A stretch of DNA of 64,000 nucleotides, from NCBI RefSeq assembly GCF_003334305.1, contig NZ_QOWS01000004.1. One strand, given 5' to 3'. This DNA comes from Escherichia coli. Lineage in GTDB: Bacteria; Pseudomonadota; Gammaproteobacteria; Enterobacterales; Enterobacteriaceae. This document shows, in pieces, positions 14,444-27,519 of the stretch. The notes under the pieces were generated by a model, which made no database searches, was not told the DNA's origin, and was given only the letters and a program-made list of their open reading frames with translations. The translations under genes and the position numbers were made by a program. Each line of letters begins with the position of its first letter. The first letter of the stretch is position 1.

Positions 14444-15883
14444 ATGTCTATTGTGGTGAAAAATAACATTCATTGGGTTGGTCAACGTGACTGGGAAGTG
14501 CGTGATTTTCACGGCACGGAATATAAAACGCTGCGCGGCAGCAGTTACAACAGCTACCTCATCCGCGAAGAAAAAAACGTGCTGATCGACACCGTCGACC
14601 ATAAATTCAGCCGCGAATTTGTGCAGAACCTGCGTAATGAAATCGATCTGGCGGATATCGATTACATCGTGATTAACCATGCAGAAGAGGACCACGCTGG
14701 GGCGCTGACCGAACTGATGGCGCAAATTCCCGATACGCCGATCTACTGTACTGCCAACGCTATCGACTCGATAAATGGTCATCACCATCATCCGGAGTGG
14801 AATTTTAATGTGGTGAAAACTGGCGACACGCTGGATATCGGCAACGGCAAACAGCTCATTTTTGTCGAAACACCAATGCTGCACTGGCCGGACAGCATGA
14901 TGACTTACCTGACAGGCGACGCGGTGCTGTTCAGTAACGATGCTTTCGGTCAGCACTACTGCGACGAGCATCTGTTCAACGATGAAGTGGATCAGACGGA
15001 GCTTTTCGAGCAGTGCCAGCGTTACTACGCCAATATCCTGACGCCGTTCAGCCGCCTGGTAACGCCGAAAATTACCGAGATCCTGGGCTTTAACTTACCA
15101 GTCGATATGATAGCGACCTCCCACGGCGTGGTCTGGCGCGATAACCCGACGCAAATTGTCGAGCTGTACCTGAAGTGGGCCGCTGATTATCAGGAAGACA
15201 GAATCACCATTTTCTACGACACCATGTCGAATAACACCCGCATGATGGCTGACGCTATCGCCCAGGGAATTGCGGAAACCGACCCACGCGTGGCGGTGAA
15301 AATTTTCAACGTCGCCCGAAGCGATAAAAACGAAATCCTGACCAATGTCTTCCGCTCAAAAGGCGTGCTGGTCGGCACTTCGACGATGAATAACGTGATG
15401 ATGCCGAAAATCGCCGGGCTGGTGGAGGAGATGACTGGTTTACGCTTCCGTAACAAACGCGCCAGTGCTTTCGGCTCTCACGGCTGGAGCGGCGGTGCGG
15501 TGGATCGTCTTTCCACGCGCCTGCAGGATGCGGGTTTCGAAATGTCGCTTAGCCTGAAAGCCAAATGGCGACCAGACCAGGACGCTCTGGAGTTATGTCG
15601 TGAACACGGTCGCGAAATCGCCCGTCAGTGGGCGCTCGCGCCGCTGCCGCAGAGCACGGTGAATACGGTGGTTAAAGAAGAAACCTCTGCCACCACGACG
15701 GCTGACCTCGGCCCACGGATGCAGTGCAGCGTCTGCCAGTGGATTTACGATCCGGCAAAAGGCGAGCCAATGCAGGACGTTGCGCCAGGAACGCCGTGGA
15801 GTGAAGTCCCGGATAACTTCCTCTGCCCGGAATGCTCCCTCGGCAAAGACGTCTTTGAAGAACTGGCATCGGAGGCAAAATGA
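14444..15883 (+). CDS. norV: Anaerobic nitric oxide reductase flavorubredoxin
   Basis: ORF track 479 aa; metallo-beta-lactamase and flavodoxin domains with C-terminal rubredoxin CxxC...CPxC. Confidence 0.95.
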   Translation: MSIVVKNNIHWVGQRDWEVRDFHGTEYKTLRGSSYNSYLIREEKNVLIDTVDHKFSREFVQNLRNEIDLADIDYIVINHAEEDHAGALTELMAQIPDTPIYCTANAIDSINGHHHHPEWNFNVVKTGDTLDIGNGKQLIFVETPMLHWPDSMMTYLTGDAVLFSNDAFGQHYCDEHLFNDEVDQTELFEQCQRYYANILTPFSRLVTPKITEILGFNLPVDMIATSHGVVWRDNPTQIVELYLKWAADYQEDRITIFYDTMSNNTRMMADAIAQGIAETDPRVAVKIFNVARSDKNEILTNVFRSKGVLVGTSTMNNVMMPKIAGLVEEMTGLRFRNKRASAFGSHGWSGGAVDRLSTRLQDAGFEMSLSLKAKWRPDQDALELCREHGREIARQWALAPLPQSTVNTVVKEETSATTTADLGPRMQCSVCQWIYDPAKGEPMQDVAPGTPWSEVPDNFLCPECSLGKDVFEELASEAK

Positions 15884-17013
15884 GTAACGGCATTGTGATC
15901 ATCGGTTCGGGCTTCGCCGCCCGCCAACTGGTGAAAAATATTCGCAAACAGGACGCCACTATTCCATTAACCCTGATTGCCGCCGACAGCATGGATGAGT
16001 ACAACAAACCTGACCTCAGCCATGTTATCAGTCAGGGGCAACGTGCCGATGACCTTACCCGCCAGACGGCGGGTGAATTTGCCGAGCAGTTTAATCTGCA
16101 CCTGTTTCCACAAACCTGGGTGACGGATATCGATGCCGAAGCCCGTGTGGTGAAAAGCCAGAATAATCAGTGGCAATACGACAAGCTAGTACTGGCAACC
16201 GGTGCCAGTGCCTTTGTCCCGCCTGTGCCTGGGCGTGAGTTAATGCTGACGTTAAATAGTCAGCAAGAGTATCGCGCCTGTGAAACGCAACTGCGGGATG
16301 CCCGACGCGTGTTGATTGTTGGCGGTGGTTTGATTGGTAGCGAACTGGCGATGGATTTTTGTCGTGCAGGCAAAGCGGTCACGCTAATCGACAACGCTGC
16401 CAGTATTCTGGCGTCATTAATGCCACCGGAAGTAAGCAGCCGCTTGCAGCATCGGTTGACGGAGATGGGCGTTCATCTGTTGTTGAAATCTCAGTTGCAG
16501 GGGCTGGAAAAAACAGATTCTGGCATTCTGGCAACGCTGGACCGCCAGCGCAGTATCGAAGTGGATGCGGTAATTGCCGCCACCGGACTGCGCCCGGAAA
16601 CCGCCCTGGCACGACGCGCCGGGCTGACGATTAATCGCGGCGTTTGCGTCGATAGTTATCTGCAAACCAGTAATGCCGATATTTACGCGCTGGGCGATTG
16701 CGCGGAAATTAACGGTCAGGTATTGCCGTTCCTCCAGCCGATTCAACTTAGCGCGATGGTGCTGGCAAAAAATCTTCTCGGCAATAACACGCCACTGAAA
16801 CTACCGGCGATGCTGGTGAAAATCAAAACGCCGGAATTACCGCTGCATCTGGCAGGCGAAACCCAGCGTCAGGATTTACGCTGGCAAATTAATACCGAAC
16901 GCCAGGGAATGGTGGCGCGCGGCGTTGACGATGCTGACCAGCTTCGCGCCTTTGTGGTCAGTGAGGATCGGATGAAAGAGGCATTTGGATTGTTGAAAAC
17001 ATTGCCGATGTAG
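15880..17013 (+). CDS. norW: NADH:flavorubredoxin reductase
   Basis: ORF track 377 aa; FAD/NAD motifs [10 protein letters not shown] and [14 protein letters not shown]; overlaps norV stop. Confidence 0.95.
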   Translation: MSNGIVIIGSGFAARQLVKNIRKQDATIPLTLIAADSMDEYNKPDLSHVISQGQRADDLTRQTAGEFAEQFNLHLFPQTWVTDIDAEARVVKSQNNQWQYDKLVLATGASAFVPPVPGRELMLTLNSQQEYRACETQLRDARRVLIVGGGLIGSELAMDFCRAGKAVTLIDNAASILASLMPPEVSSRLQHRLTEMGVHLLLKSQLQGLEKTDSGILATLDRQRSIEVDAVIAATGLRPETALARRAGLTINRGVCVDSYLQTSNADIYALGDCAEINGQVLPFLQPIQLSAMVLAKNLLGNNTPLKLPAMLVKIKTPELPLHLAGETQRQDLRWQINTERQGMVARGVDDADQLRAFVVSEDRMKEAFGLLKTLPM

Positions 17014-17220
<207 letters not shown>

Positions 17221-17238
17221 GTCCAAATGCAACACGTT

Positions 17239-19491
17239 TTATCCGTTCTGGACTTCACCCGCTAACCAACGCGCCGCAGCAATAACCCCCTGCCCCAGAG
17301 ACAAACCGCCATCACCCGCCGGTAAACTCTGTGGAAAGAGCAATGTGAAATCAGCGAGATAATGCGCCAGACGTGCACGCAGCAAACGGTTATGAATAAC
17401 CCCGCCGCTAAATACCAGCGTAGTGATACCACGCATCGTGGCCTGCTCACGCATCAACGCGGCAAAACCCTGCGCCAGCGCATCATGAAACGCCCACGCG
17501 CGTTGATTAACCGGTGCCTGCCAGTTCAGCCACTGCTGCCAGAAAGTGGCGAGATCCAGTTGATTGTCCACCAGCGGCATTGTCACCGGATGCGTCACTC
17601 CGTGGCACGAAGCTGCGAGTGCCTCCAGAGCACAAGCCGCTTCACCTTCATAACTTAACGTGGCTGGCGCACAGCCCAGTGCCGCCGCCACGGCATCGAA
17701 CAACCGCCCACACGATGACGCCAGCGGCGCGTTAATTCCACGCTCAATGGCCCGCGCCAGCACGCTCCAGTTTTGCTGTTGCACACTTGCTGTTTCAGAA
17801 TAATTCTGCCACTCCGGCACAAAGCGCAGGCACTGCGCCAGCAGGTTTCGCCACGGCTGCTTCGCCGCCAAATCGCCACCCGGAAGCGCCACTGCAGGCA
17901 AGCCGCCCAGGTGCTCACATTCGCGATAGTTCACCCGCAGACACTCGCCGCCCCACAAAGCGCCGTTCTCCCCCATACCGATACCATCGAGCGTCAAAGC
18001 AATGACATCACCGCCATCCAGCGGCCACTGATGCTCTGCCAGACACGCCGCTGCGTGGGCATGATGATGCAGCACCGTTTGCGTCGGCATATTCATTTCG
18101 CTCGCCCACTGGCTGGAGACATAGCCCGGATGCACGTCATGCACAACGTATTGCGGAGTGAAATCGTAGATGTTTTGCATCAGGCGTAACGCTTCGCGCC
18201 ACTGCATCTGGATGCCATCGTCACTTAAATCGCCCAGATGCTGACTCAACACCGCTTGTTCACCGCGCACCAGGCAGAAGGTGTTTTTCAGATCCGCGCC
18301 AAGACACAGCACAGGCGGAACATTTTTAAAGCCCGGAGGCAAAACCAGCGCATCCGGCACATACCCGCGTGAACGGCGCAGCATTTCGCCGCTTTCGCGC
18401 ACCACCGAATCATCCATCCGCTGCACGATGTCGCGGTTATGTATCAAGAATCCGTCGGCAATGCCCTGCAAATCCTCCAGCGCCTGTTCGTTGCTGATAG
18501 CCGGTGGTTTACCGCTCAGGTTGCCGGAGGTCATCACCAGCGGGCATTGCAGTTCCTGTAACAGCAAATGCTGGAGCGGGTTCGCAGGCAACATTACCCC
18601 GACTTCGTTAAGGTCAGGGGCGATATCATCACAAAGCTCAGGAACGTATTTTTTATCCACCAGCACAATCGGCGCGGCGGGCGTGGTAAGCAACTGGCGC
18701 GCAGCGTCTGGTAAACCGTCAGCCACTGGCAACATGACCGCCAGCGGTTTCGCCGGGCGATGTTTGCGCGCCCGAAGTGTCGCCACCGCGTTACTGTTAC
18801 GTGCATCGCAGGCAAGATGAAATCCGCCAATCCCTTTGATGGCGACAATGTTGCCCATTTTTAACTGTGCGATAGCCGCCTGTAATGCCGCCTCTTGTTC
18901 TGCATGTTCACCATGACTTACCCATTCAAGATGTGGGCCACACTCCGGGCAGGCCACCGGCTGGGCGTGGAAGCGACGATCGAGCGGGTCGCGGTACTCT
19001 TTGTCACAAGCCGGACACAACGGAAACGCCGCCATCACGGTAAACGGGCGGTCGTAAGGCATGGCGCGAATAATGGTGAAACGCGGGCCGCAGTGGGTAC
19101 AGTTGATAAACGGATAACGATAACGCCGTTCGCCTGGGGTATTCATTTCGGCAAGACAGGCAGGGCAAGTAGCGGCATCGGGAACAATTTGCGTATTCAT
19201 GGTGCCGCCTGTGCTCTGGCGTATAGTGAACTCGGTGGGCAGTTGTGACCAGATGTACGGCTCACGCTCGACGCTATCAATACGCGCCAGCGGCGGGCAG
19301 TGCTGATGCAATTGAACAAGAAACGTTTCCGGGTCTTCCAGCAGCCGGACTTCTACGCCATCGCCGTCATTACAGACATCGCCGTGAAGATTTAATTGCT
19401 GTGCCAGTTGCCAGACAAACGGACGAAAACCGACGCCCTGCACTTTGCCTCGAATACGCAGTTGGACACCGCAAGATGTGTTTTTTGCCAT
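17239..19491 (-). CDS. hypF: [NiFe]-hydrogenase maturation carbamoyltransferase HypF
   Basis: ORF track 17239..19539; start taken at [27 protein letters not shown] (acylphosphatase domain), 750 aa; zinc-finger CxxC pairs. Confidence 0.93.
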   Translation of the reverse strand: MAKNTSCGVQLRIRGKVQGVGFRPFVWQLAQQLNLHGDVCNDGDGVEVRLLEDPETFLVQLHQHCPPLARIDSVEREPYIWSQLPTEFTIRQSTGGTMNTQIVPDAATCPACLAEMNTPGERRYRYPFINCTHCGPRFTIIRAMPYDRPFTVMAAFPLCPACDKEYRDPLDRRFHAQPVACPECGPHLEWVSHGEHAEQEAALQAAIAQLKMGNIVAIKGIGGFHLACDARNSNAVATLRARKHRPAKPLAVMLPVADGLPDAARQLLTTPAAPIVLVDKKYVPELCDDIAPDLNEVGVMLPANPLQHLLLQELQCPLVMTSGNLSGKPPAISNEQALEDLQGIADGFLIHNRDIVQRMDDSVVRESGEMLRRSRGYVPDALVLPPGFKNVPPVLCLGADLKNTFCLVRGEQAVLSQHLGDLSDDGIQMQWREALRLMQNIYDFTPQYVVHDVHPGYVSSQWASEMNMPTQTVLHHHAHAAACLAEHQWPLDGGDVIALTLDGIGMGENGALWGGECLRVNYRECEHLGGLPAVALPGGDLAAKQPWRNLLAQCLRFVPEWQNYSETASVQQQNWSVLARAIERGINAPLASSCGRLFDAVAAALGCAPATLSYEGEAACALEALAASCHGVTHPVTMPLVDNQLDLATFWQQWLNWQAPVNQRAWAFHDALAQGFAALMREQATMRGITTLVFSGGVIHNRLLRARLAHYLADFTLLFPQSLPAGDGGLSLGQGVIAAARWLAGEVQNG

Positions 19492-19643
19492 TGAGTTATT
19501 CCCGCCATCATGAATTGCGTAACCCGCCCTGCCGGACACGACTGCGTCGTATCCGGCAGTCTCAGGTCGGCGATACCGCCAGCTCCGTATTCTACGAATA
19601 TTTCCGGGAATTCCTTTGATGCCAGAACAGTTCTATAAGATTT

Positions 19644-20171
19644 TTAGAACATCAGCGCCGTACGGCGACGTTTTTCTGCGCTCAGTTGTTCAAGTTTATT
19701 ACGATCGACACAAATCAGCGCATGGGTCGGGCAAGCCGCCATACACGCCGGGCCGTCTTCGCGATGGTTGCACAGGTCGCATTTATTGGCTTCAGCTTTG
19801 TCAGCCCGTACATTCAGCCCCGCGCCGCTGTTGCGGATCACCGGACGTACCACCACTTCCATCGCGCCATACGGGCAAGCCACCACGCAGGTTTTGCAAC
19901 CAATGCAACGTTCCTGCATCACATGAACAAACCCTTTATCACGGCTGATAGCACCATTCGGGCAGACGTTAGCGCACGGTGCATCTTCACACTGACGGCA
20001 GACTGTCGCCGTGGAAATGTTCACACCTTTAATGACATGGATTCGCGGTAAAAAGGTTTCCGGGGTCAGCGATGCACAGTCCTGATTTTCCTGATGAGAA
20101 ACCACGCACGCCACTTCACAGGTACGGCAACCAATACATTTACTCGCGTCAGCAATGATGAAACGGTTCAT
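19644..20171 (-). CDS. hydN: 4Fe-4S ferredoxin-type electron transfer protein HydN
   Basis: ORF track 19644..20186; start at MNRFIIADASKCIGCRTCEVACV, 175 aa; multiple CxxCxxCxxxCP motifs. Confidence 0.92.
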   Translation of the reverse strand: MNRFIIADASKCIGCRTCEVACVVSHQENQDCASLTPETFLPRIHVIKGVNISTATVCRQCEDAPCANVCPNGAISRDKGFVHVMQERCIGCKTCVVACPYGAMEVVVRPVIRNSGAGLNVRADKAEANKCDLCNHREDGPACMAACPTHALICVDRNKLEQLSAEKRRRTALMF

Positions 20172-20319
20172 CAAATTCTCCAGCAATGACAGTTAATGCG
20201 CCGATACATTCACAAATCATGCCAGTTTTTAATTTGCTGTTATTTAAGGAAATTAATTTCTGTAATGCAGGAAAAAAGATGTCATCGACACTAGTGACGA
20301 TGACATGTGATGACAATGT

Positions 20320-21330
20320 TTATCGCGAAAGGGCAATGAGTGAGTCGCGGCGGATCAGTTTTCCGCTGAAGGTTTTCGGCGGTGAGAAATCCCCGCCATC
20401 GAGCATAAAAATCAGCCGTCCAATAATTTCCTGAATCATCTCTGTTACCGGAATTTTTACGCTGGAGAGCGCCGGAACGGTGTAGGGGGCAATTGCGATA
20501 TCATCGAATCCGATAACCGACACCTGCTCTGGCACCGCTACGCCGCGCTCGTGCAACGCTTTGATCGCACCTATCGCCATATCGTCGTTACTGGCAACTA
20601 ACGCGCTAAATTTAGCCCCACGTTCGAGCAACGTTTCTACCCCTTCGGCCCCGCTGGCGGGCGTCCATTTACCGTTAGCGATAAGTTTTTCATTGAGCGC
20701 AATACCATGCTGCGACAGCGCGTCTTTATACCCGGCAAGACGTTCAACGCTGGTGGGGGAATCCATCGAGCCGGTAAGGAAAGCAATCTCCTGATGTCCG
20801 GCGTTTATCAACTCTGCCACGGCATTAAAGCTGGTCTGTTTATGATCGCACCAGACGCTATGGCTGCTGTTTTTGCGCAGGCGGCGATTAAGCACCATTA
20901 TCGGCTGACTGTGCGCGTCAATGATGTCATCAATCTCATCCACGCTTAAAAAACGCGGGTAAATCATAATGGCGTCGCAGCGCAAATCCAGCAGATACTG
21001 AATCGCCTGGCGCTCTTCTTCGGCGCTGTGTTTACCATCTGCCAATAGCAACTGCCGCCCTTTCTCTTCCGCCATTCGCGCGGCATGAAACAGTAATTCA
21101 CTAAAATAAATGCCGTGATAAAGCGTGTTGGTCACTACCAGCCCCAGCGTCTGAGTACTCTTCGCCGACAGATTGCGGGCCAGCAAATTTGGGCGGTAAC
21201 CGCTCTCTTCTACCGCCTGAAACACGCGATCTTTAGTCTCCTGGCTGACGTAGCCATTACCTGAAAGCACGCGGGAAACGGTCGCTTTTGAAACCCCGGC
21301 GCGCTTCGCCACTTCCAGCATCGTCGTCAT
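20320..21330 (-). CDS. ascG: LacI-family repressor of the asc (arbutin/salicin/cellobiose) operon
   Basis: ORF track 20320..21396; start at MTTMLEVAKRAGVSKATVSRVLSG (HTH), 336 aa. Confidence 0.93.
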   Translation of the reverse strand: MTTMLEVAKRAGVSKATVSRVLSGNGYVSQETKDRVFQAVEESGYRPNLLARNLSAKSTQTLGLVVTNTLYHGIYFSELLFHAARMAEEKGRQLLLADGKHSAEEERQAIQYLLDLRCDAIMIYPRFLSVDEIDDIIDAHSQPIMVLNRRLRKNSSHSVWCDHKQTSFNAVAELINAGHQEIAFLTGSMDSPTSVERLAGYKDALSQHGIALNEKLIANGKWTPASGAEGVETLLERGAKFSALVASNDDMAIGAIKALHERGVAVPEQVSVIGFDDIAIAPYTVPALSSVKIPVTEMIQEIIGRLIFMLDGGDFSPPKTFSGKLIRRDSLIALSR

Positions 21331-21417
21331 CATTTTCATCCCTTTACACGCAATCAACGCAGTGTACTGCACCGTTTGCCGATTGTCCTTGCGCAATCGG
21401 CGGGAAAAATATTCAGG

Positions 21418-21429
21418 TGACCGGTTTCA
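21418..21429. promoter_or_regulatory. Candidate AscG operator 1 (tgaccggtttca)
   Basis: LacI-type palindrome centred on CCGG in the ascG/ascF divergent intergenic region. Confidence 0.55.
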
Positions 21430-21491
21430 CAAATATAAAAAATGAACAATTAACTCTCTTGCTTATTTAGTGACAACTATTCATGATTTTG

Positions 21492-21504
21492 TGAAACCGG
21501 TTTC
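21492..21504. promoter_or_regulatory. Candidate AscG operator 2 (tgaaaccggtttc)
   Basis: Near-perfect palindrome TGAAACC/GGTTTC about 75 bp from operator 1. Confidence 0.6.
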
Positions 21505-21589
21505 CTAATTCCGTTTCAGCATCGGCATTTTTCCGTTACGTCGACTGATAACAACTACATCTACCCTACTGATAACAGGATAAAATCCG

Positions 21590-24480
<2,891 letters not shown>

Positions 24481-24488
24481 GTAACCGT

Positions 24489-24568
24489 GCCGGATGCGGC
24501 GTGAACGCCTTATCCGGCCTACATAGTTCGTGCGACATGTAGGCCCGATAAGCGCAGCGCATCGGGCA
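24489..24568. repeat. Pair of inverted REP units (BIME) downstream of ascB
   Basis: gccggatgcggcgtgaacgccttatccggcctaca and tgtaggcccgataagcgcagcgcatcgggca. Confidence 0.85.
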
Positions 24569-24593
24569 ATCTGGGGTTTGGCATCAGTCAAAA

Positions 24594-25013
24594 TCAAAGA
24601 AACCATTCCGGCTTAACGCCAAATCGGGCTGAAAGTGCCTTAATGTGGGATATTGTCAGGGATCGTTGTCCAGACAAAATCTGACTGACCAGGGATTTAG
24701 AGCCGATTTCGTTCTTCAAATCCGCATAGGTCAGATTATGTTGATCAATCAACGTGCGAAGTAACGCCACGCCAACCGGCATTGCCGCAACGGCTTTGTC
24801 GAACTCTGCAAACTTTTCGTTGTTGTTTTCATACTCTGCAATGCGGCTCGCCAGAAAGTCGATAAGTGGATTGGTGTCATCTTCTTCAATCAAATATTCG
24901 ACCAGTTCCAGTGCTTCACGATAATCATCTTCTGAGTCACTGCCTCCCAGAAAGGGGACTGCATTGACCAGTTCTCTTGTTGCTTTAACAGCGCGTGCAG
25001 CATTAGCAGTCAT
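24594..25013 (-). CDS. HigA-family antitoxin-like HTH (Xre/Cro-type) protein, no adjacent toxin gene
   Basis: ORF track 24594..25079 (TTG start); ATG at 25011-25013 gives 140 aa MTANAARAVKATRELVNAVPFLGG...GSKSLVSQILSGQRSLTISHIKALSARFGVKPEWFL; by eye about half the residues match my recollection of E. coli HigA (YgjM). Confidence 0.7.
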   Translation of the reverse strand: MTANAARAVKATRELVNAVPFLGGSDSEDDYREALELVEYLIEEDDTNPLIDFLASRIAEYENNNEKFAEFDKAVAAMPVGVALLRTLIDQHNLTYADLKNEIGSKSLVSQILSGQRSLTISHIKALSARFGVKPEWFL

Positions 25014-25032
25014 TCTTTGTTCTCTCTGTAGT

Positions 25033-25055
25033 AACGTGACGTCTGTCTGCACGTA
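25033..25055. promoter_or_regulatory. Inverted repeat ACGTG-N11-CACGT upstream of the HigA-like gene (candidate autoregulatory operator)
   Basis: aacgtgacgtctgtctgcacgtaa between the ORF B stop and the HigA-like ATG. Confidence 0.35.
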
Positions 25056-25083
25056 ATCCCCCTCATAGCCACTCTGCAAAAAG

Positions 25084-25857
25084 TCAGTTCTGGTTCACCC
25101 CATAAAGCACATCCCCCTTTATCAAGCAACGCTGCGTCTGCGCCAGATCTTCCGTTTGCGGGTCGCGCCCGGCGATGGGTTTGAGGACGAGTTTACGGTT
25201 GGGGGTATAAGTAAAACGCGTGAGCGCGGGATAGCTTAACTTGCCAAACCAGCCGTGAACACGCTGCCATTTGGCGTCTTTTACCTGATACAGACTGGTT
25301 ATCCAGTAACCAGAATTAAACTGCATATCCAGCAATTGCGTGTGACCATTGCCTTGCAAATCCAGCAAATCATCTACGCCAGTTTTGCTTGCGGTGTAGA
25401 ATCCCCTGGGTTCAAAGACACAGGGACGGCCTTCGCGCGTGAACGTCATAAGAATTAAATGTGCATAAGGAGCCAGACCATTACCGGTACTTGGTAACCA
25501 GATAACCAGATCCTGAATGCCGTTACGATCAAGATCGGCGCGATAGAGTTGCCCTTTGCCCGCTATGTTTGCCAGCATACCCACAGGCACAGACCAGGAT
25601 TTACCGGCGCGATCTTTACCGTTCAATTGCCATTCACTATCATCATTTGGCATCTTTTCAAGCGTCACGCCAGCAACGCCCACTTTTCTAAAATGCCAGG
25701 TTTGCTCGGCATCATAAGGCATGGTCAGGAGAGGTTTCAGCGCCCGCTTTTGCGCGTATTCGCTGTCACTCATTGGCAGATATTCGGTAAAGCTGGTGGC
25801 CTGTGCAGGCAGCACTAAGCTCAATAAAAAAGCGCACATCCCTGTTCTGATATTCAT
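25084..25857 (-). CDS. Sec-exported protein of unknown function with two DxDxNG-like (FG-GAP/calcium-loop-like) motifs
   Basis: ORF track 257 aa; signal peptide MNIRTGMCAFLLSLVLPAQA|TS; motifs ADLDRNGIQDLVIW and DDLLDLQGNGHTQLL; ATG 24 nt downstream of hycI stop, same strand. Confidence 0.65.
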   Translation of the reverse strand: MNIRTGMCAFLLSLVLPAQATSFTEYLPMSDSEYAQKRALKPLLTMPYDAEQTWHFRKVGVAGVTLEKMPNDDSEWQLNGKDRAGKSWSVPVGMLANIAGKGQLYRADLDRNGIQDLVIWLPSTGNGLAPYAHLILMTFTREGRPCVFEPRGFYTASKTGVDDLLDLQGNGHTQLLDMQFNSGYWITSLYQVKDAKWQRVHGWFGKLSYPALTRFTYTPNRKLVLKPIAGRDPQTEDLAQTQRCLIKGDVLYGVNQN

Positions 25858-25881
25858 TTCGCTGAATTCCCTGATGGAGAA

Positions 25882-26352
25882 TTATTCTTCTTCCACCGCT
25901 AACTGCGCGAAGCCGCCATTCCCTTCCCAGCCTTCCAGTCGTTGATAAACGGTTTCAACCGCATCTTTAATCGGCTGGGTCATCGGGTAGTAAAAGCCGA
26001 CGATATCCGGCTGGATGCCGAGGAAAATCACTTCGCCAATATCTTCTTTCAACTGGTCGATAAGGTAGTTCAACGGCATGTTATGGGTAGTCATCATAAA
26101 CATCTCGGCGATATCATCCGGGTCGATGATGCGGATCTCGCCGGGGTTTAGCCCCATATCAGTGGCGTCGACAATCAGCAGTCGCGTAGGGCGCAGTTCA
26201 CGGATGGCGACGATGTCGTTTTCCGGTGCACTACCGCCGTCAATCACCACCCAGTTACCTTTCGGCGCGGCGGCGCACTTTTCCGCCAGCAGCGGGCCTG
26301 CGCCATCATCGCCCATCATGCTATTGCCAACACAGAGTAAAACGTCAGTCAC
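25882..26352 (-). CDS. hycI: Hydrogenase 3 large-subunit maturation endopeptidase HycI
   Basis: ORF track 156 aa [25 protein letters not shown]. Confidence 0.95.
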   Translation of the reverse strand: MTDVLLCVGNSMMGDDGAGPLLAEKCAAAPKGNWVVIDGGSAPENDIVAIRELRPTRLLIVDATDMGLNPGEIRIIDPDDIAEMFMMTTHNMPLNYLIDQLKEDIGEVIFLGIQPDIVGFYYPMTQPIKDAVETVYQRLEGWEGNGGFAQLAVEEE

Positions 26353-26755
26353 GCAGTCTCCTCACCATCAAATAGATGGCGTTTTCCTGATGAATATCAT
26401 GCAGCATACTTAGCAGCATTGTACTCCATTCCTGCTGCTGCGAAGTTTGCGCTGCCCGGGCTTTATCGAATGCGTTGGCCAGCATCGGCACATGGTTAAT
26501 GTCGATGACGATCTCACCATATTTCGGCACGCCTTCCATTTTGCGGCGGGCTTCGCTGCCCGCCTCCAGAGTGGCAATCCATGCCAGATATTCATCCCAC
26601 GGGCAGGTGAGCGCCGCTTCCAGGCAATCGATAACCCCAAGGTGGTGACCAATCGCCAGGCTGTAATAGACCACCTGCTGCGCCTCGGCGGGCGTGGCAT
26701 CGTTCTCATCAATAAATTTACGGCTCAGTTGACTGAACACCACCTTTTCACTCAT
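26345..26755 (-). CDS. hycH: Formate hydrogenlyase maturation protein HycH
   Basis: ORF track 136 aa [28 protein letters not shown]; operon position. Confidence 0.93.
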   Translation of the reverse strand: MSEKVVFSQLSRKFIDENDATPAEAQQVVYYSLAIGHHLGVIDCLEAALTCPWDEYLAWIATLEAGSEARRKMEGVPKYGEIVIDINHVPMLANAFDKARAAQTSQQQEWSTMLLSMLHDIHQENAIYLMVRRLRD

Positions 26756-27519
26756 CGGATACGCGCCTCTTCTACAACATGATTCAGATGGCTGACAATC
26801 TCGTTCAGACGCGGATCGTTTTCCGCTTCCAGCCAGCGTGCAACCTGTTCTTCGCCCTGCCCTAACTGTGTCAGGAAGTCATCGGCAATCTGACGACCGT
26901 AACGATAACCTGCCAGGCGGCGTGCTTCGCGATCCACTTTCACACGCAGCGGCTGCACCATATCGCCATGCAGGATTTCCGCCGGTTGTTCATCCTGCTC
27001 ACCCGGGCCACGGGCGTGAATTTTCTGCTCCAGCAGGCCGAGCGCCATTGCAAAGCCGTACAGCGTGGCGGCAGGCGTTGGCGGGCAACCAGGGATGTAG
27101 ACATCTACCGGGACGATTTTATCCGTACCGCCCCACACGCAGTAGAGATCGTGGAAGATCCCGCCACTGTTACCGCAGGCACCGTAGGAGATACAGATTT
27201 TCGGGTCCGGCGCGGACTGCCACGCACGCAGCGCAGGGGATCGCATTGCACGGGTGACCGCGCCGGTAAACAGTAAAATATCCGCATGACGCGGTGAAGG
27301 AACGACTTTAATGCCGAAGCGTTCTGCATCAAACAGCGGCGAAAGCGTGGCGAAAATTTCGATTTCGCAGCCGTTGCAGCCGCCGCAGTCCACGCGGTAA
27401 ACGTAGGCAGAACGTTTGATTTTTTTCAGTAACGACGCCTTCATGCTGGCGATGGATTCATCCACCGTCATCGGGACCGGAATGCCGTTGGCGTCACGGG
27501 GGCCTAATAAATTGCTCAT
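26752..27519 (-). CDS. hycG: Hydrogenase 3 small subunit (NuoB-like)
   Basis: ORF track 255 aa; NuoB-type Cys motifs ([12 protein letters not shown]). Confidence 0.95.
   Translation of the reverse strand: MSNLLGPRDANGIPVPMTVDESIASMKASLLKKIKRSAYVYRVDCGGCNGCEIEIFATLSPLFDAERFGIKVVPSPRHADILLFTGAVTRAMRSPALRAWQSAPDPKICISYGACGNSGGIFHDLYCVWGGTDKIVPVDVYIPGCPPTPAATLYGFAMALGLLEQKIHARGPGEQDEQPAEILHGDMVQPLRVKVDREARRLAGYRYGRQIADDFLTQLGQGEEQVARWLEAENDPRLNEIVSHLNHVVEEARIR

Noticed and set aside
25864-25869. EcoRI site (gaattc) exactly at the hycI/islet junction, considered as a sign of an engineered insertion
   Set aside because: A single 6-bp site is expected by chance every few kb; no vector-like sequence, polylinker or scars nearby.
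25255-25945. Small plus-strand ORFs (25255..25458, 25549..25818, 25721..25945) examined as possible HigB-like toxin partners
   Set aside because: All are antisense to the exported-protein gene or to hycI, lack RelE-type motifs and have no start-site context; none is a credible toxin gene.
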